Made by a program: the position numbers and the translations under genes. A model generated the notes under the pieces. That model saw only the letters and a list, made by a program, of their open reading frames with translations, did no database searches and was not told where the DNA came from. A stretch of 57,036 nucleotides of DNA, from the NCBI GenBank assembly GCA_045837725.1, contig JBEWZL010000210.1, positions 62,001 to 119,036 on the forward strand. Direction: 5' to 3'. This DNA comes from Vermamoeba vermiformis. Its lineage: Eukaryota. Positions 38,801 to 50,712 of the stretch are shown in pieces. The first letter of the stretch is position 1, and each line of letters starts with the position of its first letter.

Positions 38801-40747
38801 AAAAATTTGTTCCACAAATGGGTCAAAAACTTCCGAACTAAGAAGTATCTTGACCAATACAGCTCGCAGTTGTTCATTAGCTGCAATGAATTGGCGCGTA
38901 ATGTCGGTTATATGCCTAAAAAGCCGTCAGCCAATCAGGTCAACAAAATCATTCGGGATCTCGAAGGCAAAAAGTTTTGGAAAAACAATTTTGGCTTGAA
39001 CGTAAGTACAACGGCGGTCTAACGTCAAGAATAGGACTAACTTGAATATAGATCCTATACGTGTCCTGGGATCATTTCATCAACTGCTGGAAGACCGTCG
39101 CTTTTGATCAAACAAAAGATATGTTGCACGTGATTCCGTTCTTGCGATACACATTAGGTAATGTGAACTGTAAATAGACATTGCATTCGTCAATCGATTT
39201 TAACGTTGTAATTTTCCAGATGTGAGTTACACAAACACTGTGAGCCAGTTCGCATTCAACGACTTCTTGACGAAATTCGGCAAGTTCTCTGAATGCATGG
39301 AACGCGTTGAATCGATCTGTCAAGAGCAGTAAGTCACATTAGCAAGCTTTAAAAGCACGTGCTAATCGTTTTTTCACAGCTGGTTCTTTGGCTACATGAC
39401 GTCGCAAGAAGCGTCGTACTTGCTCTCGAAGGAAGGCGGAGGCACGTTCCTCGTCAGATACGGCGCTACAGCTGCATTCGCGTTGGCTTACGTTGACTTA
39501 CACGGCACAAATACCGTGAAACATTCGACTATTGAGTTCAATCCTGCCACCGGTTACAGCGTGGAAGAAGCGCAAAATGATCGAGCATCGAAGAAGAAGC
39601 GATATTTTGCTTCATTACCCGAGCTCGTCAATCACTACATGACCTTCTTGTTCCACAGACCGTGCTTCAAGAACTGGACTCGAAAACCGTACGTGCCTTA
39701 ATATCACTTTATTTAGGTTACTAACCTCGCAACAGATGGTTCTTTGGCGATGTCTCAACGAAGGACTGCACCGTGCTGTTGGCTGAGAAGAAGAGCGGCA
39801 GTTTCTTGATCCGCTTCAGTCAGACTAAGCGCGGTGTTCTCGTAATTTCGTACGTCATTCAAGGCAAGATGTTCCACACGCTCGTTGATTCATTCGACGG
39901 CGGTGTCATTTGCGATGGCACGCCGTACAAGTCCATTGATGAGCTGCTGTACAAACACCGCAAGATCTTCATGCATCCGTTCTTCTCGCTCACTTTGCCT
40001 GACGTCAAGAAGCCCATCCCCGAGGCATTCACTCGTTATTCATTTACTATTCAGACCAACAAACCCGATCTTCTCAAGTCAGCAGGTAGGTCACCAACGT
40101 AAAAACTCAAAAAATTGTTGCACGATCTAGATCCAGCTCGTACAACTTGGCCCACTTTCAATAATAATACGATACAAACATGGTTTATTAAGTTTTGTAG
40201 AACGAATAATTTGCTAACGGCGTTGTTTTTAGATCCTGGACTTACGAGCCCGCGACGAGATCAGCGCATGGGTCCTTTGCCCCCGCCTAACGTGGGCAAC
40301 TTGAATAATCTTGCTGAAGACGTAGACGAGTCAGGATATTCACCTGCGGAGCCTACTCCGAACTCTGGAGGCGCCGCGCCTGCTCGTACGAACTCACCGC
40401 CGAGCAACATGTCTGCAAGTAGTGACAGTATAACCCGTCGAGCGCATACTAGCCCGAAGATAGAGCTTGGCCGTAGCAAAGAAAATCTTAGTCCGCCCGC
40501 TGAACGAAAAGAAAATAACACTGGAGAGGTCGTGTCAGATGAGGACTTGAAAACGTTGCAAGAAATGGGCTTTTCGGAGATTAATATCCGAAAGGCGATG
40601 AAGGCTGCCAAGGGCAATGCAATCGAAGCTGCGCAGTTGCTTATGGAAGAAGCTAAAGCCAAGTTACAAGGCTTGTTGCTAAGAAAATCGACGGCCGGAT
40701 CTTTGAGTAGCAGCTCGAGTAGTCTCAACAATAACGCAACTAATTAG
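35885..40747 (+). CDS. Atypical Rho-like GTPase fused to a helical/EF-hand-like region, two SH2 domains and a UBA domain, multi-exon
   Basis: G1 LLLGDSKVGKTS, G3 EIWDYPGD, G4 IGLKGDLR, G5 MECSAK; SH2-1 WFFGYMTSQEA...GTFLVRYG; SH2-2 WFFGDVSTKDC...GSFLIRFS; UBA LKTLQEMGFSEINIRKAMKAAKGNAIEAAQLL. Confidence 0.8.
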
Positions 40748-40951
40748 TGTTGAATGATCTATCACTAGATTTGTCAGAATAGTATGTATTTCGTGTAATA
40801 TAAAAGTATTTTCAAGCCACTGCACCGCGAACATTTTCGGACAAAATCTTTCCCTAGGGAAAACCTCCAAACAACGCTTTCACGCGAAAAAAGATATTCT
40901 TTTATATGTATTATACTGTATCAATGTCTATATGATTAATTATATGTAAAT

Positions 40952-43900
40952 ATGTCGCAAGCCAGCCAAATTAAGAACGCTGGATTCCGTTTCGAGAAGA
41001 TCGACGAGAAATCATTCAATCACTTTCGCGGTGTAAAAGCCCTCGTGCAAATATTTTCAGGTAATTTAATATGCCATAAACACACGCTGGTAATTCAATT
41101 GAACGCATCTAGATCCGAAAATTCTATTTAATTTTCAAAAATTTGTTACCAGCCTGGTATGAATGTAATAATGTCAGAACATCCATCGATAAATATCAAG
41201 TATTTTTTAGGACGCAATTTTAATACTTTTATTAACAGATGAGACGAGAAACTGCGAAGTCAACCAAGTAATTTCAATTCCGGGCCACATTGCTGTGTTA
41301 TTCAAAAATAGCACTTCATTTGTCGTATTTGATTCAGTGCCGTACAAACAGTTAATATCAGAGCCTCAACAATTATTATTATACCGAGATATTTCGGGTC
41401 AAGAAAACGACACAGAAAAATACTTAGATCCCGACGTGTTAATATCAAGACACCAGTCCAAAATAATCATTTTGCAGTTCATTCGAAGTAAGCAATAATA
41501 ATTAAATAATTATAATGCCGAATTTGAATTAACGAAATTTACCAGGTACGGTTAATTCGCAGCAACTTGTAGCAGTCGAAGAGTCGGGAAAAGTGACTGT
41601 GTGGCAATGGAACGATGAAGAATGGATGTGGAGGAATATGGGAGCGATCAACTTACCTTCTGAAAGCACTTTACGTAAGATTTTCCACCGTTTGAAATTT
41701 TGATTTTTAGTTTAGATCCGCTCCTAAAATATTTTATCAAATTATTATGAGTATTAATACGCTAGATATTTAGAGCCTACAGTAATCTCTCAAGCACAAG
41801 TAGTCCGCGGACTTAAGAATAATTTTCTGTATTGGACCAACGTTGAAAAGTCACCTTTTGCCGATACACCCGATCAAACCAGTGTTTTCATGTCAAAATT
41901 GATCGTTAATGAATCTCCCGCGCAAATAACCAATGCAACAAGTTCACCTTCGAAGATCGAAAAAAACAACGTGTCTGTCGAAAATGCACAAATGATAGAG
42001 CTGTTAGATTCGATCGATCACGTGTTTCAAGGTCCTTATGGCTTGTGGGTGCTGTCAAAAACGTCAATTTTGTTCCACTCGACTATCCATGAAATTTCAA
42101 TTTCGATGCCGAGACCGACAGACTTTGCTTTTATTACGCAACACATGTCTTCACGAGAATTGATATTCATGAACAATAGGGGTGATATTTATTCGTGTTA
42201 TCCTCATCACAACGAGGTACGTAACCGGATCCAATGTTTTTATAGCCGCGTGACACTGACTTTGCGACATTTAGCAAGCCTTAGTATTTCAGCAAATCAG
42301 CTCAATTAATCCATGGTTGTTCAGCGAGGCAAGCTTAAAATATTCGCAAAGTTATAGTTCGCTGACTTTCCTTATTAGGAAAATCCTGTCGTCGACATTG
42401 CTACACATGCGCACGTTATTTTAGTCGCAACCAAGCGCGACGCTTTCATCTATCATATCAAGAGGTAATAGTAATATAATACTATACTCCATATATGTTA
42501 CTAATGTTCTTGCAGTGGTTTACTGGTAGCGAAAGCGGATCTGCCGCGTGATTATGTTACTCAGGTTGGCCAGTCTTTAAAGCCTTCTGAAAACGTCATT
42601 CAATTATGGCAAAGATCTCCTAGTGAAATGAATAGCAGCATGCAAGGTGAGTTAAATATTATTCATAGACTGTGAAAACTGATCTGGATCTGCAGATGAA
42701 AATTTAATCGGTTTGTGGGGCTATGGAATTTGGATATTACATTCACCTAACATTCAAACGCAATTACATGCCATGAAAGTTCATTTGAGCAAATCTAACG
42801 AAGATTTGATCGATTTTCAAAAAGCAGCGATTGATCTGTGCCGAGACTGGGGCTTGGACCGACAAAAAGCAAAGTATTTATTGGACTTAATATTTGCATC
42901 GCATAAGATAGAGATGGATAATCAAACGATATTAGCGGCCTGCAAAGAGATGCACTCACAATTACAAAATCCATCGTTATTATTGGCTCTATTTGCATCG
43001 CCAAATCAATTTGAATTCTCGGAGAAATTCAATCGGAGATTTATCCATTCATATTTGGAAGGAGAATTAAAGCAATTTTTGGACGTTTTTGACCATGGCG
43101 GAGAAAATATGGCGAGAAAGAGTTTCTTCCAGTACACGACTTTGAACGTCACGCTAGTGCCTATATTTAGAGCTTATTTGGAAGGAGGAAATCTCGAAAA
43201 TAATATCAAAAAGAAAAAATTCAATTTGGAAGAGCAATTGCAGTAAGTCAAACAAAATTGAATTTTTTTATCAATTTTATTTACGCTATTATTTTTTAGA
43301 GCTATTCAACCGACTCAATTGAATATTATTGATCCGTCGACTATTGAAGTATATTTTCAACAATGTCCGTTATTATTGACCGAAAAAATCGAGGCTTTGG
43401 TTGGGATTGACCGAAGGCTGCTTGAAGACTGCAAGCTAATTATAGAACACTTCAATAATAATAATAGCAACAACGACGGGCAGTACAACTTGAGCGGATT
43501 ATTCGCCAAATACAATCAATTAGATAACAAGCTGAGGACCTACTTTTCGATGCCTTTATGCACCGTACCACAATTTGCATACTTGGCGCCACTTCCACAA
43601 CAAGATTTTCCAGCGCTGTCTAACGCACAAACACAACATCAACATGCTTATTTTGAAATACTATGCAAATTGTATTACTACCACAAACCTCAACTTTTGG
43701 TCCCGTTCGTGGATCTGATCTATAACGCGAGCGTCGATCACTTGAGGTCACATCAGGCTGTACCTGCACATCCTATTCCCTACTCGAGAAGACGTGGCTC
43801 AATATCCGCAGCACAAGTTAAAGAAAGGTAAGGCAATCTATAAAAAGTTACTGAAAGTGTCACTCGAACACGGATTTTTTAACGCCAAATTTTCTAGGTA

Positions 43901-44524
43901 TTATTATTGGCGAGCTTGCGAAACATTGCCGCAAATATTAGCTGGTCAACAAGGCACATTATCAAAAGAAGATGTTGCGCGTATTGAAGCTCTGGTCGTC
44001 CTCGCTAGTCGAAGTGGAGATCCGGTCAGGTACTAAATCTTAGCTTTAATAATACATGAACTAATTTGTTATTTTAAAGGAGTATGAGACTCATTTTGTC
44101 GCTTGGAGATGATTTTTGGCCCGCAGCAATAGATCTGATGAAGATCCATCAAAGTCAATCAATCGAGCACTTAGAACTGTTCCAGCTATTATTATCGCAC
44201 TGTTTTAGCGACCTCGAACAGTATCGTAATCGACTTGCGACTATTTGGGAGTTCTTCCCAGAGAAATTTACCGCCTTGGATCTGATCGGAATTTTCAAAG
44301 CTGAAACGGAGAAGACGAAAGTCCGACAAATTAATCAAATAGCAGAGCAGTTAAATACAGATGAAGCAAGGACGTACAATAGTCTCGTTATCAATAATTT
44401 GAACTCGTACATGACCCAAGAGAAGAAAATGAAGATGACACTACGGACTCAAACCGGACTTAACGTTGGTGATGTTAAAAATGAGCTGCTGAAAGCATTT
44501 GAACGCGAAAATTTACAAGAATAA
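40952..44524 (+). CDS. HPS6-like protein (BLOC-2 subunit), multi-exon
   Basis: Beta-rich N-terminal half and helical C-terminal half. Segments YFEILCKLYYYHKPQLLVPFVDL, YWRACETL, ELFQLLLSH, IWEFFPEKFTALDLIGIFK and LNVGDVKNELL recall, in order, the C-terminal blocks of animal HPS6 (from memory, not searched). Confidence 0.6.
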
Positions 44525-44600
44525 ATCAAAACAATTATTACACGCGAAAAGCTAAAAACCTAACCCTAACCCTCACTAAAGTGAAAAAGCAGCGGTGTCG

Positions 44601-47600
44601 TTATTTATGCTTTTTCTTCTGTACAATATTAATAGCAGCGGTCGTTGAAGATCCAATGATGCGCTGTGCAAAATCTTTCGGATCTGAAGGCAGATCTGGC
44701 ACTGAATCCAGTTGAGCGTTTCCGACGAGCGCCATCTCTGATGAGTTTGATAAAAATATGTCAGGCACTTCTTCTTTGTATCCTGGGTTGTTTAAGTGCA
44801 CAAAAAATAGAATGAGGTTTGCCGCTAATGATTCTTTGTCCGTCAAGATCTCCCAGTCATGTCCTAGAGTCAAATTAATTAACAGTTATTAAAATTAAAG
44901 TTAAATGCATATTTAATATTTCCTAACATATCAACAACGTACCATCAGCTTTCAAGCACAAAAATGTTTCCTCTATTTCGTGATCCTGTTCGTAACTATA
45001 AAAGAACCGTTGTGTTAACCGAGCACGTTTGGTCCAATGATACTTTGCGCCTTTCATATTAATTGATTTCTGAGAAAAATATTGAATTAGCGAATAATTG
45101 AAAATCCACAGATCCGACATCTAATAAAAAAGAACTTTGTTTTTTCGACTTACGGAGTCAATTTTTAATGTAGACCTGTCTTTCACTTTAATATCAATTG
45201 GTACTATACTTTCCTCTGGATCTTTCCACATGCCTCTGTCGTCGGCGATGGATCCGCCAAATTGTTCGTACTCGACTATACTTGCCGAAGTTGTATATTC
45301 AAGGCCCTTTTTGATAAAATAATATTTCATCATTGTTTTGTTGTTATTTTGTATGGCCGGTTCGATTCCATAATGAACTATATTTGTACTGTCTTTCAAA
45401 TCGATGTTCTGCTCCATAATTTTTATCGCTGTTTTGAAGGTCGGATCTTCTTTTGAGTAAAATGCTAAGAGATAAAGTAACGCCCACTTGTGCTCTTCCT
45501 TATTAATCTATTTATAATCTGTTAGCCTTCTTGTCGTTCTGTTTATAGTAGAAGCAAACTTGTTCAATTATTAGGATTATATTAAATTTTAATGGAATTC
45601 TTTTCGTGATTTCCCTGATTAGGAAATTTTCGGTCGTACCGTTACTTTAGCGCCATTAGCGAGCAAGCCTGAGAAACATTGTTGATGTAATTTTGCTCTA
45701 GTAGTATTAAACCCTCCGAATGTATCAACGCTGCAATATTCAAAGTTAATTTTGGCTCTATTCGATTTCCAGATAATATTCAGAAAAAAATCAAGTAAAA
45801 AAAAATTTCGTAATTATTTCGAAAACTTACATGTGTCTAGCAGTATCTTTGAGGCATATTTGAATCGCCGTCAAATCCTCGCTATTTTTAGCGTCGATTT
45901 TATCAATCATTGACGGCTGTTCTAGCAAAAATTTCAATGTTTTTGGCTTTGGTTCCAAACACACTAAATGCAGGCACGTGTTTTGATCGTTGTCCAAGCA
46001 CTGCAAATTTAGCGGTGAATTTGATCCGAGCTGCAAATATTAGGACTTAATTAGTATAAAAAATTCGTGTATAATTGAAATCTGGGTAAGAAAAAAATTT
46101 CTGAGTTAGCGGATCCTTCAGAAATTTCGAGTTTAGAGTAATTATTTTTATCTTGCGGCTATATTATATATCGTATTTGTACTTGCCTTTGCGAGTAGTT
46201 TTGTTAAAGCCTCAACGCACTCAGTGTCAAATCCGGACTTGAGACAGGCTTGAATAAAATTGATGTTTTGTTTGTCGTACTCAGCGGTGACTTGTTCCAG
46301 ATATTCATTCGGAATTTCCTCGAAACCTGCGCTCTTAATAATAATAATAACAGATTAGCTTTTTACAACAAAAATTAGGTCAGATCCAATCAAAAAATTC
46401 ACGATCTGATCCAACAACAAATTGCCACGGCAATTCAAGCTCGAATATATCAGTATTAATGACGTTAATATCAATAATATAATAAAAGGCGTCTTACGTT
46501 GACCACTTGAACGGCATTAAGAAACATCGCGGGCGCAGTGACGGTCAAAATATCCTCCGTATCGTACTGAATAGCATTGCAAATAATTTTTGCAATGTTT
46601 GCTGTCGTTTGGATCGAATGTAAAATCTCTTCTTTCCATCGGTCTCTATTTTTCAGCAAATACTGGTTACTGAGTGTAAGTCCAACGAACATCTTTTCGA
46701 CTTGTTCGGCCGGATATCGCGCTATTTCTCCTAAATTAAAATAAAATTAATAAAATTAGACTAATTTAAATTATAATTATCGATTATATTTACCGTAGTA
46801 TAATGACTCTGTAAATGGCCCAATATTTTCAGCAATCTCTTGCGAATTTAACACTGACGACGAAATCTCAGTCTGTCTTGTATTGCTGTCTTTCATATCA
46901 GAGGAGAATAAGCCATAAAAGTATTCGCTGTCTAAAAAAATATTAGTATTTTTGGATCGGATCCGAGATTTACTTACTATGCGCTAAAAATAGCCTATGA
47001 CAATTGACGTAATCTTCAGAGTCTTTAATATTCAATTTTATGTCGCTTAACTTATTCTCTGAATTTAGCTGCGGTAAGATCTCTTGCGGGATCTTAAGAC
47101 CCTTTTCGTATCTTTTTACATTATATTTCTATAAATTAAATAAACATCCATACGTAGAATATAATACTTATATATGTTACTTACGGTATAAATAGAATTA
47201 AAACTATCATAGTTTTCGCCGTCGAGCGGATCGTATAAACTCTTCAAAAATAACTCTGTTTCCTTGTCTTTGCTTTGCAAATCTTCTATTATAATATATT
47301 TTCTAGTATTATTGTTATCTTCATAAGGACGATTTTTGATTGCTTCAAGCAACTCTGGGCTGTTCAGATAAATTACGAGCTGATGACAACGGAAAGATCT
47401 GGAATTCCCGTTCGATTTTGAATCGCTAAATATTTCTATATCACTTAATAACTCCGAATTGAACCACTTCAAGCCAAAATTTACATAAGAAAGCCTCCCT
47501 AAGAAAAATATTATTAATTTAAATTATCCGTTTAATTATTGTTAACCGGGCTCAAATCCCCCCGTAAACCGTTTTATAAAACTGTTCAAATTAAATTTAA

Positions 47601-50600
47601 GTTTTGATTTTATGCAATTGTTTAATTTCCGAAGCGATTTAGAACTTTTTAATTTATTTTGTTGAAAGAATTCGATAAATTAAAAATTTTAATAATAATT
47701 AAACATTTTAATTAATCAATACTGGCGGTGCGATGCATTGCCCTCGCCCGTTAGCAATAGTAATATCACACGTATTTAGGGAAGTATATAATATTTATTT
47801 AACGTTGCAATACAAATATACAGTACGATCAGCGGGACAGCTGTTGTGCACTTGTGAGTGTCAGTAGCGGTGGTAGGTTCACTTACCCAAGGCGCCGTGT
47901 ATCGTGTGGTTTTGTGGCTTACTTCGTGATTAAACTTTGAAAAATGAACGGAAAAGATTCTGCGGTGACGTCAAGCTCCTTCCAAATATGGTCAAAATGG
48001 CCAAATTCATAGGAAATTCTTGTCCGAAAACTAGAATGACCAATCGTTAGCGAGCTTTGATTCGTTGTCACCGCAAGTCATGTTTTTCATTGTCAAAGTC
48101 AGCACAAGCCACGTAGCCACACGACGCACTGCACTTGGGTAAGTTTATCGCTAATGACACACGAGCAAGCAGAGCAACCAGCCGCCTTGAACTGTCGTAC
48201 TGTGCATTGTAATTGCAACGCTAAATAAAATTACGTTCACTAAATACTAGTGTCTTATTCACTGAAGCCACGTGCCGAACGTGACCGCGAGCACCGCTGG
48301 TATCAATTAATTAAAATGTTTAATTATTATTAACATTTTAAATTTACAAATTCTTTCAATAAAATGTAGAAATCGAAGTTCTAAATCGCTTCGCAAATTA
48401 AACATTTGAATAAGAGTGAGTCTCCGATTTTGTCCCAAACCCCCAATTTTGTCCCAAACGATTTTGGACTAAAATTTAACAATAATTTATTTTAATACTT
48501 ATTTAATGGAGTGATTTCAATACAAATAGATAAATAATAAGTGAATACTTGAATTACAGTTGATTTAATCGTGCAATTCGCCTTCATCACTGGCCAGATC
48601 GGATCTTTCTTCGCTCAGATCAGATCCGCATTCAGCAGCATGCTCATCATGAATATCTCGTTTTTGACACTTCTTGCATACTTGATAGCTATTACATGAG
48701 GTGCAGACCCAAAATTTGTGCTTCTTGGTATAGATACGACGGCAAGGTGAGCACGTCCTACTAATCACATCACTCTGTTTGTCAAGTTTGCGTCGCTTGA
48801 CGAGCTCTTGTCGCTCTTCTTTCTCCTCTTCTCTCTTTCTCTTCTTGTCCTCTCTTTCTTTCTTCGCAAGTTCTTTAGCCTCCTTCTCTTTCAGTTCTTT
48901 TTCCTCCTTCTCACGGGCATAGATCACCAACTGCTGGCCAGTCACCAATTTATTCCGCTCATTGGCACGTACTCGCTTGATAGGAGTCTTGGTTTGATTA
49001 GGTATCAAGGCCTCCTTAAGTATCAGTGCCATAGCTTTAACTTCTTCATCTTCACTGGTGTGCAGTTGAGGTTTTGTGTCGAACATGTACATGTTCTGAA
49101 ATTTCTTGCTGATAAGTGCACTATCGAATGGCCAAATGCCTGTATGTCGAAATCCTGCCTTAATGACCTCTTTATCAAATATATTGGACTTCTCCTCCGT
49201 GATAATGTCTTCAATAACAGAGTGCAGGGTCTCTCCAGTGAGGAGCCGTCGCATTCTTTCAAGGTCTCTCTTGACACGCATCTTGCGTTTGAACGAGCCA
49301 AAAATCACGTCGTCAAGAGGTTGAAGCAAATGAGTTGTATGTGCTGGTAGGTACAGGGGCTGTATATCAGAATCTAATAGCAAGTTGATGCTGGTCAACT
49401 CCAGGTGGGTGGAGTGGCGGTCAAGAAGTAAAAGAGCTGGTTGTCCTTGCTTGAACGCTGAAAGTCGCTCCACGAGTCGCGCTATTATTTGCTTCCACAA
49501 CTCATTTGTAATAAAGCCATTAGCTGTTGTGGCATAATAAGTTGGTATAGTGCTGCGAGTATATCTCAGCTCTGTAGTGACGGGAATCGAATTCTTCTTT
49601 TCGTTGCCATTTTGTGACATGTCCTTGTAGATGAGCACTATCATCCAAACACGACCAGATGCTGCAACAAATGGAAGTATAGTGCGTAGATGACTCTTGG
49701 GAGTACTCAATCTACCCTGCTTTTTCGAATTTGCACTCGTTAGAATCTTCGAACTTTCTCCGTCAGTAAATTTACAGGGAGATTCGTCAGCGTTGATGAT
49801 GAAGTCGTCCGTGTAACTTTTCTCTTCTAGTAGCCTCTTGTATTCTTTCACAAATGACTCAATAATATCAATAGTGACAGAATTGACACGTCCCATGTCG
49901 AGGTCTTTACCAAACGCGTGAGAGATGCGATCTGAATTGCGGATCAGAAAATTGCTAAACCAGTGATCGCCTCGCCAGTCTTCAGGGAGCTCAAATATCT
50001 TACGTACAAAACTAATGAATACACTTCTCGACAGAGCTATTCCGCTTGCTGAAAAAGCTAAAATGATGCTGCATAGTCTTTTTTCTTGCTGATTGGTGAG
50101 CATCTGATTTCCATGTTTCTTCTCTTTATTCTTTTGAGCCCGCTGGTAGGCTTTGCGAAGTGTTTCGAATTTATTGGGACTATTCCGCGTCAAATCGCGA
50201 ATAATTTCGCTAATTGTCTCGCCGTTTTCTGAAATCCGTTGATTGATCTCATGAATTTCGTTTTCATACTTCGCCATTACTGGTCAGAAAAATTATAAAT
50301 AAAATCAATACTATTGAACAACAAGCTGTCGTGTTCGTGTGCGAAGCAACTTATTGAATGCCGTTGGTAAAATAATTTGCGAAATTACGCAAAAAAATCG
50401 GTTGGGACAAAATCAGGGGTTTGGGACAAAATCGGCGACTCACTCTAAAATTAAAACTTTAATTTAATTTGAACAGTTTTATAAAACAGTTTACGGGGGG
50501 ATTTGAGCCCGGTTAACAATATCGAAATTACCCTTCTTGTTGTTTGCATCAAATAAAATATATATAAATCTTAAATAAAAATAATTGGTAGCCTTACGAC

Positions 50601-50712
50601 TATATTTAAAAAAAGAGTAATCGAGAATCTTACGCGAAGTTTGTACGATTCGTTTATAGCCTGGTGCTGGCGGTGGAGGTGGCAGAGGCGCTAAAGGCGC
50701 CCTAGACTCCAT
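44601..50712 (-). CDS. BTB-BTB-ankyrin-repeat protein, multi-exon; first intron expanded by nested transposons
   Basis: Exon 1 MESRAPLAPLPPPPPAPG...KYS, donor GTAAGG at ~50597, splices in phase to the exon beginning ~47499 (RRLSYVNFGLKWFNSELLSDIEI...CHQLVI). Second BTB LSDIKL...CHRLFLA..SEYFYGLF; ankyrin DNDQNTCLHL...KNSEDLTAIQI. Confidence 0.78.
48414..48465 (+). repeat. Left terminal inverted repeat of pogo-like element
   Basis: GAGTGAGTCTCCGATTTTGTCCCAAACCCCCAATTTTGTCCCAAACGATTTT; contains ATTTTGTCCCAA twice; 4 mismatches to the right TIR. Confidence 0.93.
48565..50277 (-). CDS. pogo/CENP-B-type DDD transposase with C-terminal Cys-rich finger
   Basis: 570-aa intronless ORF: HTH-like LTNQQEKRL...WFSNFLIR; INADES, LLLDRHSTH and LQPLD with 35 residues between the last two Asp; tail CSPC...WVCTSC...VCKKC. 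Confidence 0.93.
   Translation of the reverse strand: MAKYENEIHEINQRISENGETISEIIRDLTRNSPNKFETLRKAYQRAQKNKEKKHGNQMLTNQQEKRLCSIILAFSASGIALSRSVFISFVRKIFELPEDWRGDHWFSNFLIRNSDRISHAFGKDLDMGRVNSVTIDIIESFVKEYKRLLEEKSYTDDFIINADESPCKFTDGESSKILTSANSKKQGRLSTPKSHLRTILPFVAASGRVWMIVLIYKDMSQNGNEKKNSIPVTTELRYTRSTIPTYYATTANGFITNELWKQIIARLVERLSAFKQGQPALLLLDRHSTHLELTSINLLLDSDIQPLYLPAHTTHLLQPLDDVIFGSFKRKMRVKRDLERMRRLLTGETLHSVIEDIITEEKSNIFDKEVIKAGFRHTGIWPFDSALISKKFQNMYMFDTKPQLHTSEDEEVKAMALILKEALIPNQTKTPIKRVRANERNKLVTGQQLVIYAREKEEKELKEKEAKELAKKEREDKKRKREEEKEERQELVKRRKLDKQSDVISRTCSPCRRIYTKKHKFWVCTSCNSYQVCKKCQKRDIHDEHAAECGSDLSEERSDLASDEGELHD
50394..50445 (-). repeat. Right terminal inverted repeat of pogo-like element
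   Basis: Reverse complement reads GAGTGAGTCGCCGATTTTGTCCCAAACCCCTGATTTTGTCCCAACCGATTTT. Confidence 0.93.

Larger units (their letters stand above)
48414..50445 (-). mobile_element. Autonomous pogo-like (DD35D) DNA transposon nested in the foldback element
   Basis: 52-bp TIRs, TAA on both flanks (48411-13, 50446-48), one intact transposase ORF. Confidence 0.93.
47539..50519. mobile_element. Non-autonomous foldback (near-fully palindromic) DNA element, ~0.95 kb without the nested insert
   Basis: Termini TTGTTAACCGGGCTCAAATCCCCC... and ...GGGGGATTTGAGCCCGGTTAACAA flanked by TA on both sides (47537-38, 50520-21). 47539-~48000 is the imperfect reverse complement of ~48040-48413 plus 50449-50519 (e.g. 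acttacccaag/cttgggtaagt, tgcggtgac/gtcaccgca). Confidence 0.88.

Noticed and set aside
44559-44573. CCTAACCCTAACCCT, telomere-like repeat
   Set aside because: Only about 2.5 units in a short gap between convergent genes; too short to call an interstitial telomere.
47542-50516. piggyBac-type reading of the foldback element (TTAA flanks, CC...GG ends)
   Set aside because: The inverted match continues 5 bp beyond TTAA to a flanking TA, so a TA duplication is more parsimonious. Not fully excluded without other copies.
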